A stretch of 44,766 nt of DNA, taken from a virus. Lineage: Duplodnaviria > Heunggongvirae > Uroviricota > Caudoviricetes. Below the pieces are notes generated by a model. The model saw only the letters and a list, made by a program, of their open reading frames with translations, was not told the DNA's origin and made no database searches. Location: IMG/VR virus record IMGVR_UViG_2627854066_000006; one strand, written 5' to 3'. Position numbers and translations under genes: made by a program. Shown here piece after piece: positions 17,565 through 27,974 of the stretch (the first letter of the stretch is position 1; each line of letters starts with the position of its first letter).

Positions 17565-17915
17565 ATGCCATCACGAATCCCCCGCGCATGTCGTAAGCGA
17601 GGCTGCGCAGGCACAACAACAGACAGTTCGGGCTACTGCGATAAACATTGGGGTGAAGGCTGGGTGCAGCACCAGCGCGGACTGAGCCGCCACCAGCGTG
17701 GCTATGGCTCGAAATGGGATGCCATACGTGCGCGCATACTGAAGCGTGATAATCATCTGTGTCAGAACTGCCTGCGCAATGGGAGAGCTGTTGAAGCCAG
17801 AACTGTGGACCACATCATTCCGAAAGCTCATGGTGGCACGGATGCAGACAGTAACCTGCAGAGTCTGTGCTGGCCCTGCCATAAAGCAAAAACAGCGCGC
17901 GAACGCATCAATTGA
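17565..17915 (+). CDS. HNH endonuclease (terminase-associated)
   Basis: CxxC...H...N...H...CxxC pattern (CQNCLRNG...VDHIIPKAHGGTDADSNLQSLCWPCH) immediately upstream of the terminase genes. Confidence 0.8.
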   Translation: MPSRIPRACRKRGCAGTTTDSSGYCDKHWGEGWVQHQRGLSRHQRGYGSKWDAIRARILKRDNHLCQNCLRNGRAVEARTVDHIIPKAHGGTDADSNLQSLCWPCHKAKTARERIN

Positions 17916-18062
17916 TAACAGTTCTCATCTGTAGGGGAGGGGCGGGGCAAATCTCTGCCGCCCTGGCTGCTCAGTACCGCCGCCTGACCCTTCCTCACAT
18001 CGCCGCAGGTTCGAAAACTTTTTTTGGAAATGTGAACAAACGATTGATAGGTAAGACCGATT

Positions 18063-18545
18063 ATGTCAGGACCTCCGAAAACCCCGCCACGCCTGCATTT
18101 GATACGAGGCAACCCCTCAAAGCGCCCCGTTAAAGACCCCAAAAAAACCGCTAAAAAGGATGAAAAAGGTCTTCCTAAAATTCCGCAGCATTTAGGGGCA
18201 CAGGGGAAGTACTGGTTCAGGCGAATGGCGGAAGAGCTGAATGCGGAAGGGATCATTTCTCAGCTTGATGCGCGTGCGCTCGAGTTGCTGGTGGAAGCCT
18301 ACACCGAATATCGGCATCACTGCGAAACACTCGATGTTGAGGGGTATACCTACCGCACGGAAACGCAGAGCGGTGATGTACTGATTAAGGCGCACCCCGC
18401 GGCGGCAATGAAAGCGGATGCCTGGAAGCGGATCCGGGCAATGCTTGCAGAGTTTGGTATGTCACCGGCAAGCCGGGCTAAAGTAAATATCGCCGGACCG
18501 GATGATGTTGATCCGCTGGCGGAGCTTTTAAAAGCGAGAGACTGA
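18063..18545 (+). CDS. Terminase small subunit (P27-family like)
   Basis: 160-aa basic protein directly upstream of, and overlapping by ATGA, the terminase large subunit start. Confidence 0.7.
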   Translation: MSGPPKTPPRLHLIRGNPSKRPVKDPKKTAKKDEKGLPKIPQHLGAQGKYWFRRMAEELNAEGIISQLDARALELLVEAYTEYRHHCETLDVEGYTYRTETQSGDVLIKAHPAAAMKADAWKRIRAMLAEFGMSPASRAKVNIAGPDDVDPLAELLKARD

Positions 18546-20301
18546 TGGCAAAAGTGGCTGACGGGATCCGCTACGCCGAACGTGTTGTTGCAGGAGAAAT
18601 TGTTGCTGGCGAATTTGTCCGCCTGGCCTGCCAGCGTTTTCTTGATGATCTGAAGTACGGCGAAGAGCGGGGGATTTATTTCAGCGAACCCGTGCGCAGC
18701 ACATCCTGAATTTCTACAAATTTGTGCCTCATGTAAAAGGGGCGCTGGCAGGCCAGCCCATTGAGTTGATGGACTGGCATGTATTTATCCTCATTAATAT
18801 TTTTGGTTTTGTCATTCCGCTGGTCAATGAAGAGACCGGGGAAGTTGTCATGCGCAGCGATGGCAGCGGACATCCGGTGATGGTGCGCCGGTTCCGGACG
18901 GCGTACAACGAAGTCGCCCGTAAAAACGCAAAATCAACTCTGTCATCGGGTATCGGCCTGTATATGACGGGGGCAGATGGTGAAGGCGGAGCTGAGGTGT
19001 ATTCAGCCGCAACCACGCGTGACCAGGCCAGAATCGTGTTTGAAGACGCCAAAAATATGGTCAGAAAAGCCCGGTCGACACTCGGGCGGTTGTTTGATTT
19101 CAACAAGCTGGCGATTTACCAGGAGCAGAGCGCATCAAAATTTGAACCGCTTTCTTCGGATGCAAACAACCTGGATGGTCTGAACATCCACTGCGCCATT
19201 ATTGATGAGCTGCATGCACATAAAACCCGTGACGTGTGGGACGTTCTGGAAACGGCAACCGGTGCCCGTCTGCAGTCCCTTTTATTTGGTATCACCACGG
19301 CAGGGTTTAACAAGGAAGGGATTTGTTACGAGCAGCGTGATTACGCCATCAAGGTATTGCGTGGCTATAACAGCGACGTGGAGGGCGCGGTAAAAGACGA
19401 CTCCTACTTTGCGATTATTTACACCCTCGATGAGGGAGATGATCCGTTTGATGAAACGGTCTGGCAGAAAGCGAATCCCGGCCTGGGCATCTGTAAACGC
19501 TGGGATGATCTGCGTCGCCTGGCGAAAAAAGCGAAAGAACAGGTCTCTGCGCGGGTGAATTTTTTTACCAAACACATGAATGTGTGGGTAACAGCAGAGT
19601 CTGCCTGGATGGACATGATTAAGTGGGAGAAGTGCGAATACATTGCCCCACGACATGAGCTGAAAACGTATCCCATGTGGGTCGGCGTTGACCTTGCTCA
19701 TAAGATTGATATCTGTGCGGCGGCAAAACTCTGGCGAACGGATAACGGGCATGTTCATGCCGATTTTAAATTCTGGCTTCCGGAAGGACGGCTGGAACGA
19801 TGCTCGCGGCAGCAGGCAGAACTTTACCGGAAGTGGGCGGAGATGGATAAGCTGATTCTGACGGATGGTGATGTTATCGATCATGCTCAGATAAAAAGTG
19901 ACTTACTGGAATGGATTGGTGGTGAAAACCTCAGGGAACTGGGATTTGACCCGTGGAGCGCGATGCAGTTCAGCTTGGCACTGGCTGAAGAAGGGATACC
20001 GCTGGTGGAGGTTCCGCAGACGGTTCGCAATCTGTCAGAGGCCATGAAGGAAACGGAATCACTGGTCTATGCCGGGCGTTTCCATCACAGCAATCATCCG
20101 GTCATGAACTGGATGATGTCTAACGTTACGGTAAAACCGGACAAAAACGACAATATCTTCCCGAATAAATCCACGCTGGAAGCCAAAATCGACGGCCCTG
20201 TTGCGATGTTTACAGCAATGAGCCGGATGCTGGTCAATGGTGGTGAACCGGAGCTGGATCTGTCTGAACATCTGGTCAGCGTGGGCATCCGCTCGCTTTA
20301 A
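18545..20301 (+). pseudogene. Terminase large subunit interrupted by a -1 frameshift near 18690-18708
   Basis: ATG at 18545 reads MAKVADGIRYAERVVAGEIVAGEFVRLACQRFLDDLKYGEERGIYFSEPVRSTS then stops. The rest of the protein (...AQHILNFYKFVPHVKG..., 525-aa ORF 18724..20301) is in the -1 frame. Confidence 0.7.
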
Positions 20302-20312
20302 CCGAGGTCATT

Positions 20313-20494
20313 ATGTTTCTGATAATTCTCGCGCCACTGGTGGGCATGCTGGGTGCGCTTTTGCTGGCGTATGGTGCCTGGCTGATTTATCCCCGGCGGG
20401 TTTTGTTGTTGCCGGGGTGCTGTGCCTGTTCTGGTCGTGGCTGGTGGCGCGATATCTCGACCGTACACAGCCGTCTGTCGGCGGAGGTAAATAG
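20313..20494 (+). pseudogene. Small two-TM membrane protein gene between terL and portal, apparently frameshifted
   Basis: Frame 1 has RBS GAGGT + ATG and encodes [26 protein letters not shown]...; frame 2 continues ...[32 protein letters not shown] and stops in a TAGTG overlap with the portal start. Frames switch near the run TATCCCCGGCGGG. Confidence 0.3.
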
Positions 20495-21318
20495 TGTTCT
20501 TTTCGGGATTATTTCAACGAAAAAGTGACGCGCCGGTGACCACGCCAGCAGAGCTGGCGGATGCCATCGGGTTGTCTTACGACACCTATACCGGAAAGCA
20601 GATCAGCAGTCAGCGGGCCATGCGACTGACGGCGGTTTTTTCCTGCGTCAGAGTGCTGGCAGAGTCGGTCGGGATGTTGCCCTGCAATCTGTATCACCTG
20701 AACGGCAGCCTGAAACAGAGGGCCACCGGCGAACGTCTGCATAAGCTGATCTCCACGCATCCCAATGGCTATATGACGCCGCAGGAGTTCTGGGAGCTGG
20801 TGGTCACCTGTCTGTGCCTGAGGGGAAACTTTTACGCCTACAAAGTGAAAGCATTTGGCGAAGTGGCTGAACTGCTGCCCGTCGATCCCGGTTGTGTGGT
20901 ACCGAAGCTTAACAGTCGCTGGGAGCCGGTCTATCAGGTCACATTCCCGGACGGTTCCACGGATGTACTGAGCCAGGAAGATATCTGGCATGTGCGCACG
21001 CTGACGCTGGACGGTCTGGTGGGACTGAATCCCATCGCCTATGCCCGCGAGGCAATATCGCTGGCAGCAGCGACCGAAGAGCACGGGGCCAGACTGTTCA
21101 GCAATGGTGCGGTGACGTCCGGTGTGTTGCGTACAGAACAGACGCTGTCGGATCAGGCTTATGAGCGCCTGAAGAAAGATTTTGAGGAGCGTCACACCGG
21201 GCTTGGCAATGCTCACCGCCCGATGATCCTTGAGATGGGGCTGGACTGGAAGTCGATGGCGCTGAACGCCGAGGACAGCCAGTTCCTGGAAACCCGCAAG
21301 TTTCAGCTTGACGTATAG
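20494..21318 (+). pseudogene. Portal protein (HK97 family), N-terminal fragment; gene disrupted by IS91-family insertion
   Basis: GTG start with GGAGG RBS; 274 aa ending ...ETRKFQ then LDV-stop from IS sequence. The C-terminal 143 aa resume at 23017. Confidence 0.75.
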
Positions 21319-21481
21319 GAAATTGAAAAACCAGACGATACCGCTGTCCACGCCTTATGCCACGTGAGCCTTTCTGCTTTTCCCTCCACTCCGGTGGTTT
21401 CTCTCTCTGCATGGTCGATTTTTATACCGTAACAGGCTGTTTTTTATACCTGCACCGATTCCCGGGCACACTTAGCCTGTG

Positions 21482-22690
21482 TCAGGCCGGCATATACCTC
21501 AGCAGACTGATATCCCGCGCGTTTTTCTTCAGCCCTGATACATTCAGCCCCGCAATGGCCCGGCGGTATACCATCCGGCCGCCACACAGCACGCATTCGA
21601 ACGGGTCACGACTCAGGAACTGTTTCACCATTTGTGCATAGCACACTTTCGCCACTGGTTCCGGCTTATCCATCCCCAGAGCACGGTACACCTGCGGCAG
21701 CTTCTCTCCACACACCCGGTTGGCAAGGAACCCGAAGTATCTCACCATCTTAAAAAACTTCTCCGGGATGTGCTGTTTCAGCCTCGCGACCAGCTCCCGC
21801 TGTGTCAGCGTTTCCGTCGCCGTTTCTCCCGTTTTGTGGTCCAGGTAACGGAAGCTCAGACTCGCTCCTCCGTTGTAATGCGCCAGCCGGGAAGCCGCTA
21901 TTGGTGGCTTCTTCAGATAACGACCCAGGTAGCGTGCCGTATTCCGCCCTCCGGCTGTCTTCTTCGACATGTACACATGCCAGTATTTTCCGCCGGCTTT
22001 CAGCACCAGGCTTCTCCACTGTGATTCCGTCGTGATATGTGACAACGATTCCGGCATCGCCAGACCTTCTGACCACGCTTTCAGAAGCAGCTGCCGCATA
22101 TTCCACATCCACCGCGAACGCATCGCGTCTTTCAGGAAGCTCAGCTTTTTCCAGTGTCCGTGTTTATTCAGACCTCCGCAGGTCACTGACACATGCACAT
22201 GCGGATGCCAGTTGAGACGACGGCCATACGTATGGATGGCGCAGAAGATACCGGGTTCCAGACCCCGTTTCCGGGCTGCATACAGCAGATTCTCCACCGC
22301 CAGACGGCACACGTCATTCAGCAGCCAGCGGTTGCTTTCGAACACCGGCCACAGCGTGTCCGGCAGGGTGAAGACCAGGTGCACCCAGTCGCAGTCAGGA
22401 AGACGATTCAGCTGTGTCGCTATCCACAGGTCTGTGGCCTTTTTTCCGCAGGACGGGCAGGCACGGCTGCCACATGAGTTAGTGACGTATCTGACGTGGG
22501 GGCACTCAGGTTTATCGCAGTTGTATTCCTTCACACCCAGTATCCGCGTGCCGCAGGCCAGCATTTTTGTGACAGCCTCAACCTCGATATCGCGCAGGCC
22601 GCCCGCATCCAGGAAGGATGTCCAGCACTGGTTGGCTGTGAACAGGCGTTTCAGCGGTCGGGGCTGAAAATCACCACCACTTCGGGTCAT
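21482..22690 (-). CDS. tnpA: IS91-family transposase
   Basis: 402 aa with N-terminal zinc-binding cysteines (CDKPECPHVRY...CGSRACPSCGKK) and HUH motif region HTYGRRLNWHPHVHV. Confidence 0.75.
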   Translation of the reverse strand: MTRSGGDFQPRPLKRLFTANQCWTSFLDAGGLRDIEVEAVTKMLACGTRILGVKEYNCDKPECPHVRYVTNSCGSRACPSCGKKATDLWIATQLNRLPDCDWVHLVFTLPDTLWPVFESNRWLLNDVCRLAVENLLYAARKRGLEPGIFCAIHTYGRRLNWHPHVHVSVTCGGLNKHGHWKKLSFLKDAMRSRWMWNMRQLLLKAWSEGLAMPESLSHITTESQWRSLVLKAGGKYWHVYMSKKTAGGRNTARYLGRYLKKPPIAASRLAHYNGGASLSFRYLDHKTGETATETLTQRELVARLKQHIPEKFFKMVRYFGFLANRVCGEKLPQVYRALGMDKPEPVAKVCYAQMVKQFLSRDPFECVLCGGRMVYRRAIAGLNVSGLKKNARDISLLRYMPA

Positions 22691-22943
22691 CCGCCTTCAT
22701 CTCCGCTTCAGTTTCGTATAAATCAAAACGACGGCAGGTATGGCAGAACGTGACGTATTCGTACGGTGAATCCGGGTACATTTTGTGGAAGGTTTCCCAG
22801 AAACAGACCGTACAGGAGGGATGACCGGCGATAAAGTCTGTAAATACAGACTGATAAGGGTGATTATTGGCCCTGGCGACGGCTTTCAGAACCTCTTTCA
22901 CCATTCTGGTGTGGACTTTCTGGTGCTCCAGGTTGTGTGACAT
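22671..22943 (-). CDS. IS91-family small accessory ORF upstream of tnpA
   Basis: 90-aa ORF overlapping the tnpA start, as in IS91-type elements. Confidence 0.5.
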   Translation of the reverse strand: MSHNLEHQKVHTRMVKEVLKAVARANNHPYQSVFTDFIAGHPSCTVCFWETFHKMYPDSPYEYVTFCHTCRRFDLYETEAEMKADDPKWW

Positions 22944-23016
22944 GGGAACTCATTCTGGATGGTTACTCTGAAAGCTCATATTCTGCCACACCACGATTTG
23001 CAGCCGCCAGGCTGCC

Positions 23017-23448
23017 GTGGTTCAAGAAATCTGTCGTCTGTTCCGGGTGCCGTTGCACATGGTGCAGAACACCGATCGCGCCACCTTCAACAATATCGAA
23101 GAGCTGGGGTTGGGATTTATCAACTATTCACTGGTGCCGTATCTGACCCGCATCGAACAGCGGATCAACACCGGACTGGTACGAAAAAGTAAGCAGGGCG
23201 TTTATTACGCCAAATTTAACGCCGGGGCGTTACTGCGCGGGGATATGAAGTCCCGTTTTGAAGCCTACGCCACCGGGATCAACTGGGGAATTTACTCTCC
23301 CAATGACTGCCGCGACCTGGAAGATATGAATCCGCGTCCCGGTGGTGATGTCTATCTCACACCGATGAACATGACCACGAAACCCTCCGATGGCAGTAAA
23401 GCCGGTAAGCAGAAGGATAACGCCAATGCAGACGAAACAACGTCTTGA
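23017..23448 (+). pseudogene. Portal protein, C-terminal fragment
   Basis: Resumes VQEICRLFRVPLHMVQNTDRATFNNIEELGLGF...; in line with the N-fragment if the IS is removed. Confidence 0.7.
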
Positions 23449-24076
23449 TGTACCGCTGAGTCTGAAATCTGTCAGTGACTCCGGTGAGTTTGAAGGGTAT
23501 GGCTCCGTCTTTGGTGTAAAGGACAGCCACGATGATGTGGTGATGTCCGGGGCATTTGCTGCTTCCCTGTGGGCGTGGAGTGACAGAAAAGCGTTACCTG
23601 CGCTGCTCTGGCAGCACCGCATGGATGAACCCATCGGTGTTTACACCGAAATGAAGGAAGACGATGTCGGGCTTTACGTCAGGGGACGGTTGCTTATTGA
23701 TGATGATCCCCTCGCAAAACGCGCACATGCACACATGAAGGCCGGTTCGTTAACCGGCCTTTCTATTGGGTACGTCCTGAAAGACTGGGAATACGACCGG
23801 AGCAAAGAAGCCTTTCTGCTGAAAGAAATCGACCTCTGGGAAGTCAGCCTGGTGACGTTCCCGTCTAACGACGAGGCGCGGATCAGCGACGTCAAGAACG
23901 CACTGGCCCGCGGGGAAATCCCCGAACAGAAAAAAATCGAAAGAGTCCTGCGTGATGTCGGACTCTCCCGTACCCAGGCCAAAGCATTCATGGCCGGGGG
24001 CTATGGCGCACTGTCCCTGCGCGACGCTGAGGATGTGGGCTCTGCACTGAATGCACTGAAAAATCTGAACTTCTAA
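23426..24076 (+). CDS. Prohead protease (HK97 family)
   Basis: 216 aa between portal and major capsid, overlapping the portal end. Confidence 0.7.
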   Translation: MQTKQRLDVPLSLKSVSDSGEFEGYGSVFGVKDSHDDVVMSGAFAASLWAWSDRKALPALLWQHRMDEPIGVYTEMKEDDVGLYVRGRLLIDDDPLAKRAHAHMKAGSLTGLSIGYVLKDWEYDRSKEAFLLKEIDLWEVSLVTFPSNDEARISDVKNALARGEIPEQKKIERVLRDVGLSRTQAKAFMAGGYGALSLRDAEDVGSALNALKNLNF

Positions 24077-24090
24077 TCAGGAGAAATACG

Positions 24091-25296
24091 ATGGCGGTAG
24101 ATATTAAAGATGTCGAACAGGTCGCGCAGGAGCTGCAGCAGAAGTTTGACGACTTCAAAGCAAAGAACGACAAGCGCGTGGATGCGATTGAGCAGGAAAA
24201 AGGCAAACTTGCCGGGCAGGTGGAAACCCTGAACGGGAAACTCAGCGAGCTGGAAAACCTCAAAAGCGATCTTGAAAAAGAGCTGCTTGAGCTGAAACGT
24301 CCGGCAGGTGGTGCGCAAAATAAACTGGCCACCGAGCATAAAGAAGCGTTTGTGGGCTTCCTGCGTAAAGGCCGTGAAGATGGTCTGCGCGATCTGGAGC
24401 GCAAGGCATTACAGGTGGGCACCGATGAAGACGGCGGCTATGCCGTGCCGGAAGCACTGGATCGCAACATTCTCACCCTGCTGAAAGATGAAGTGGTGAT
24501 GCGCCAGGAAGCCACGGTGATCAGCGTTGGTGGTTCCGACTACAAAAAACTGGTGAATCTGGGCGGCACGGCTTCCGGATGGGTTGGCGAGACTGACGCG
24601 CGCTCCCAGACTGCCACCTCAAAACTGGGCCTGATTGAACCTTTCATGGGGGAAATCTACGGTAACCCGCAGGCCACCCAGAAAATGCTGGATGATGCCT
24701 TTTTCAACGTGGAAGCATGGATCAACAGCGAGCTGGCAACCGAATTTGCCGAACAGGAAGAAATTGCCTTTACCACCGGCGATGGTACCAAGAAGCCGAA
24801 AGGGTTCCTGGCGTATGAGTCCACGGATGAAACAGACAAGGTCCGGGCGTTCGGCAAACTTCAGCATATTGTATCCGGCGAAGCGACGGCGGTGACCGCA
24901 GATGCCATTATCAAACTGATTTACACGCTGCGTAAGGCACACCGCACTGGCGCGAAGTTCATGATGAACAACAACAGTCTGTTTGCCATCCGTCTGCTGA
25001 AAGACAGTGAGGGTAACTATCTGTGGCGTCCGGGGCTGGAGCTGGGGCAGCCGTCCTCTCTGGCGGGTTACGCTATCGCTGAAAACGAACAGATGCCGGA
25101 TATTGCCGCTGATGCGAAAGCCATTGCATTTGGTAACTTCAAACGGGGTTACACCATCGTTGACCGTATCGGTACCCGCATTCTGCGTGATCCGTACACC
25201 AATAAACCGTTTGTCGGTTTTTATACCACCAAGCGCACCGGCGGCATGCTGGTCGATTCGCAGGCCATCAAACTGCTGAAGATTGCAGCGGCGTAA
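24091..25296 (+). CDS. Major capsid protein (HK97 fold)
   Basis: 401 aa with N-terminal coiled-coil delta-like region (QELQQKFDDFKAKNDKRVDAIEQEKGKL...), directly after the protease. Confidence 0.8.
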   Translation: MAVDIKDVEQVAQELQQKFDDFKAKNDKRVDAIEQEKGKLAGQVETLNGKLSELENLKSDLEKELLELKRPAGGAQNKLATEHKEAFVGFLRKGREDGLRDLERKALQVGTDEDGGYAVPEALDRNILTLLKDEVVMRQEATVISVGGSDYKKLVNLGGTASGWVGETDARSQTATSKLGLIEPFMGEIYGNPQATQKMLDDAFFNVEAWINSELATEFAEQEEIAFTTGDGTKKPKGFLAYESTDETDKVRAFGKLQHIVSGEATAVTADAIIKLIYTLRKAHRTGAKFMMNNNSLFAIRLLKDSEGNYLWRPGLELGQPSSLAGYAIAENEQMPDIAADAKAIAFGNFKRGYTIVDRIGTRILRDPYTNKPFVGFYTTKRTGGMLVDSQAIKLLKIAAA

Positions 25297-25347
25297 TCAT
25301 TCAGGGGGCGCAGAAGTGCGCCCCCTGTTCTGACAGGTGAAAGAATC

Positions 25348-25536
25348 ATGATCCTGAAACAAGATCTGAAATGGTCACCGGACGGTATGCGTGTTGAGAT
25401 TATTCGGGCCGGTGAGTATGAAGATAAAGAATTACCCGAACGGGTACGCGAAATTGCCACTGCAGCTGGGATTGTCTCTGATAAGAGAACTCCTGTTGCG
25501 CGGGGGGCTGATAAGTCTAAAAAACAGCATTCATAG
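25348..25536 (+). CDS. Hypothetical small head-region protein
   Basis: 62-aa ORF with GGTGAAAG RBS between capsid and connector genes. Confidence 0.4.
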   Translation: MILKQDLKWSPDGMRVEIIRAGEYEDKELPERVREIATAAGIVSDKRTPVARGADKSKKQHS

Positions 25537-25547
25537 AGGTTGCCCAA

Positions 25548-25853
25548 ATGATGCCCACTCTGGAAGAGCTTCGTGTTCAGTGCCGGATTGATGATGACAA
25601 TGAACAGGAGAATTCTCTTCTTATGATGTATCTGGCTGCTGCCAGGGAAGAGGCTGAAAAGTTTTTAAACCGGACGCTTTACGATGAAACTGTTTCTGAG
25701 CAGGATACGACCGGGCTTGTAATAACACCTCTGATAAAACTGCGTCTTATGCAACTGGTTGGCTACTGGTACGAGAACAGGGAAATGCAGGATGCAGTGC
25801 CTGATTTTTTCTATACCGGACTGCGGATGTATCGATTTCATCCCGGAACATAG
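25548..25853 (+). CDS. Head-tail connector (gp6-like)
   Basis: 101-aa acidic protein in the conserved position after the capsid gene. Confidence 0.6.
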   Translation: MMPTLEELRVQCRIDDDNEQENSLLMMYLAAAREEAEKFLNRTLYDETVSEQDTTGLVITPLIKLRLMQLVGYWYENREMQDAVPDFFYTGLRMYRFHPGT

Positions 25854-25861
25854 GAGGATTC

Positions 25862-26200
25862 ATGCAGGCAGGAAGATTACGTGATCGTGTGGTTATTCTG
25901 AATGCCACCACCGTTCGGTCTCCGTCAGGGCACCCTGTGGAAACAATGACGGAGGGGGCAACCATATGGGCAGAAGTTAAGGGGATCAGTGGCAGGGAGA
26001 GAATATCCGGAGGCGCAGAAACTGCTCAGGCTACAGTGAGGGTCTGGATGAGATTCCGGCGAGATGTAACAGCAACTTCATGTCTGAAAGTGCTGACTGG
26101 TGCATTCAAAGGCGCGATTCTGAGTATAGACGGTCCGCCGATACCGGATGCTCGTGCCACACGGCTTGAGATACTCTGTTCTCAGAAGGGGAATGTGTGA
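25862..26200 (+). CDS. Head closure / head-tail adaptor protein
   Basis: 112-aa ORF, next gene in the head-tail joining order. Confidence 0.55.
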   Translation: MQAGRLRDRVVILNATTVRSPSGHPVETMTEGATIWAEVKGISGRERISGGAETAQATVRVWMRFRRDVTATSCLKVLTGAFKGAILSIDGPPIPDARATRLEILCSQKGNV

Positions 26201-26646
26201 TGGATTTCAGTCTTGATTTTTCAGGTCTGGCGGATATTGCACGGGATCTGGAGACGCTCAGCAGGGCAGAAAACAATAAGGTACTGCGCGATGCCACCCG
26301 TGCCGGTGCTGAAGTTATGCGGGATGCAGTTGTTGAACGTGCGCCGGAGCGAACCGGGAAACTGAAGAAAAATGTGGTTGTTCTCACTCAGCGTTCAAAG
26401 CGTCGGGGGGAAATTATCTCGGGTGTCCACATTCGTGGACGGAACCTGCGAACCGGAAACAGTGATAACAGCATGAAAGCCAGTGATCCCCGAAATGCGT
26501 TTTACTGGCGCTTTGTGGAGCTGGGAACGATAAACATGCCCGCGCATCCGTTCATTCGCCCGGCTTTCGATACGACAGAGGAACTGGCAGCACAGATTGC
26601 CATACAGCGAATGAATCAGGCTATTGATGAGGTCTTAAGTAAATGA
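26197..26646 (+). CDS. HK97 gp10-like head-tail joining protein
   Basis: 149-aa ORF overlapping its neighbours by 4 bp. Confidence 0.55.
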   Translation: MMDFSLDFSGLADIARDLETLSRAENNKVLRDATRAGAEVMRDAVVERAPERTGKLKKNVVVLTQRSKRRGEIISGVHIRGRNLRTGNSDNSMKASDPRNAFYWRFVELGTINMPAHPFIRPAFDTTEELAAQIAIQRMNQAIDEVLSK

Positions 26647-26987
26647 GAGAGACCACACTGTATTCCCTGCTGTCTCAACTGGCCGGAGGACAGGTTTATC
26701 CTTATGTGGTCCCGCTGACGGAGGGAAAGCCTGCGGTATCTCCGCCATGGCTGGTATTTTCTGTGGTGTCTGACACTGCGTCTGATGTGCTTGATGGTCA
26801 GGCTGAATCCAGAATTACCGTGCAGATCGATGTCTGGGCAACAGTACCTGATGACGCAGATGATATCCGTGAGCAGGCGCTTGATGCGGTAAGGCAACTT
26901 GCACCCTCCGTTATTTCTAAAACTCAGGGTTATGATCCTGATTCCCGTCTGAGCAGAGCCACGCTTGAATTTCAGGTAATAGCCTGA
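26643..26987 (+). CDS. Tail completion / terminator-like protein
   Basis: 114-aa ORF immediately before the major tail gene. Confidence 0.5.
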   Translation: MRETTLYSLLSQLAGGQVYPYVVPLTEGKPAVSPPWLVFSVVSDTASDVLDGQAESRITVQIDVWATVPDDADDIREQALDAVRQLAPSVISKTQGYDPDSRLSRATLEFQVIA

Positions 26988-27008
26988 GGTCGTTAATGAT
27001 TTTACCCA

Positions 27009-27034
27009 CCCGCCGCTGGCGGGTTTTTTATTTT
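27009..27034 (+). terminator. Hairpin plus T-run between head-tail joining genes and the major tail gene
   Basis: CCCGCC-GCT-GGCGGG followed by TTTTTTATTTT. Confidence 0.45.
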
Positions 27035-27046
27035 CAGGAGACGAGT

Positions 27047-27096
27047 ATGTCCTCTAATTTTGAGCGTTCGCAACTGACGAAAATTATGATTTCGTC
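27047..27096 (+). pseudogene. Major tail protein, 5' fragment (first 16 codons) cut off by IS66-family insertion
   Basis: AGGAG RBS then ATG; MSSNFERSQLTKIMISS... runs straight into the IS left inverted repeat. Confidence 0.7.
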
Positions 27097-27177
27097 GTAA
27101 GCGTCGTCTCAGCACCGTCTGGCAGATCCTGAAATTCCTGAGAGAATAGTGGACACCAAATATGGTGGACGCTATCC

Positions 27178-27582
27178 ATGAAATCATTAACCGCAGTGCG
27201 TAAAAAAAGCCCTAATTATCCCGTTGAGTTCAAAATCAAAATGGTTGAACTCTCGCATCGACCAGAGATCTCCGTAGCGCAACTCGCTCGTGAGCATGGG
27301 ATCAACGATAATTTGCTGTTCAAGTGGCGCCAGTACTGGCGCGAAGGAAAACTACGTCCTCCTTCAACAACAGAAAACAACGTGCCTGAGCTGCTCCCGA
27401 TAACACTTGATGCCGAAGATGTTGTCCCTACAACCTCCCCCCGGTCACAACCTGTAGCTACTGCGACACCTGAATCACTCAATATCAGCTGTGAAGTGAC
27501 GTTCCGGCACGGATCACTCCGTCTGAATGGTGCCATCAGTGAAAATATCCTGAACCTGCTGATACGGGAGCTCAAACGTTGA
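27178..27582 (+). CDS. IS66-family accessory protein TnpA (orf1)
   Basis: 134 aa, first gene of the three-gene IS66 arrangement. Confidence 0.75.
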   Translation: MKSLTAVRKKSPNYPVEFKIKMVELSHRPEISVAQLAREHGINDNLLFKWRQYWREGKLRPPSTTENNVPELLPITLDAEDVVPTTSPRSQPVATATPESLNISCEVTFRHGSLRLNGAISENILNLLIRELKR

Positions 27583-27926
27583 TCCCATTACCATCAGGGA
27601 CAAAGATCTGGCTGGTCGCTGGCATCACCGATATGAGAAACGGCTTCAACGGCCTGGCGGCAAAGGTGCAGACGACGCTGAAAGACGATCCGATGTCAGG
27701 TCACGTTTTTATCTTCCGTGGGCGTAATGGCAGTCAGGTAAAGCTCCTCTGGTCTACCGGCGATGGACTGTGTCTGCTGACCAAACGGCTGGAGCGCGGC
27801 CGCTTCGCCTGGCCGTCAGCCCGGGATGGCAAAGTGTTCCTCACACCGGCACAGCTGGCGATGCTGCTGGAAGGTATCGACTGGCGGCAGCCTAAAAGAC
27901 TGCTTACGTCCCTGACTATGTTGTAA
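27579..27926 (+). CDS. IS66-family accessory protein TnpB (orf2)
   Basis: 115 aa, overlapping orf1 by 4 bp; MIPLPSGTKIWLVAGITDMRNGFNGLA is typical of IS66 orf2. Confidence 0.75.
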   Translation: MIPLPSGTKIWLVAGITDMRNGFNGLAAKVQTTLKDDPMSGHVFIFRGRNGSQVKLLWSTGDGLCLLTKRLERGRFAWPSARDGKVFLTPAQLAMLLEGIDWRQPKRLLTSLTML

Positions 27927-27974
27927 GCCTCTTTATCCTGGTCGACGCTGAATGAGCCTGGTAATATACCCGGT

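Larger units (their letters stand above)
21310..23019 (-). mobile_element. IS91-family insertion sequence (rolling-circle HUH transposase) inside the portal gene
   Basis: Carries a 402-aa transposase and the usual small upstream ORF. Boundaries inferred from where portal coding sequence breaks and resumes (about 1.7 kb); exact ends approximate. GTTC lies immediately right of the element. Confidence 0.7.

Noticed and set aside
21632-22753. Plus-strand ORFs (77-232 aa) inside the IS91-family element
   Set aside because: Antisense to the transposase frame, Arg/Ser/Pro-rich, no RBS.
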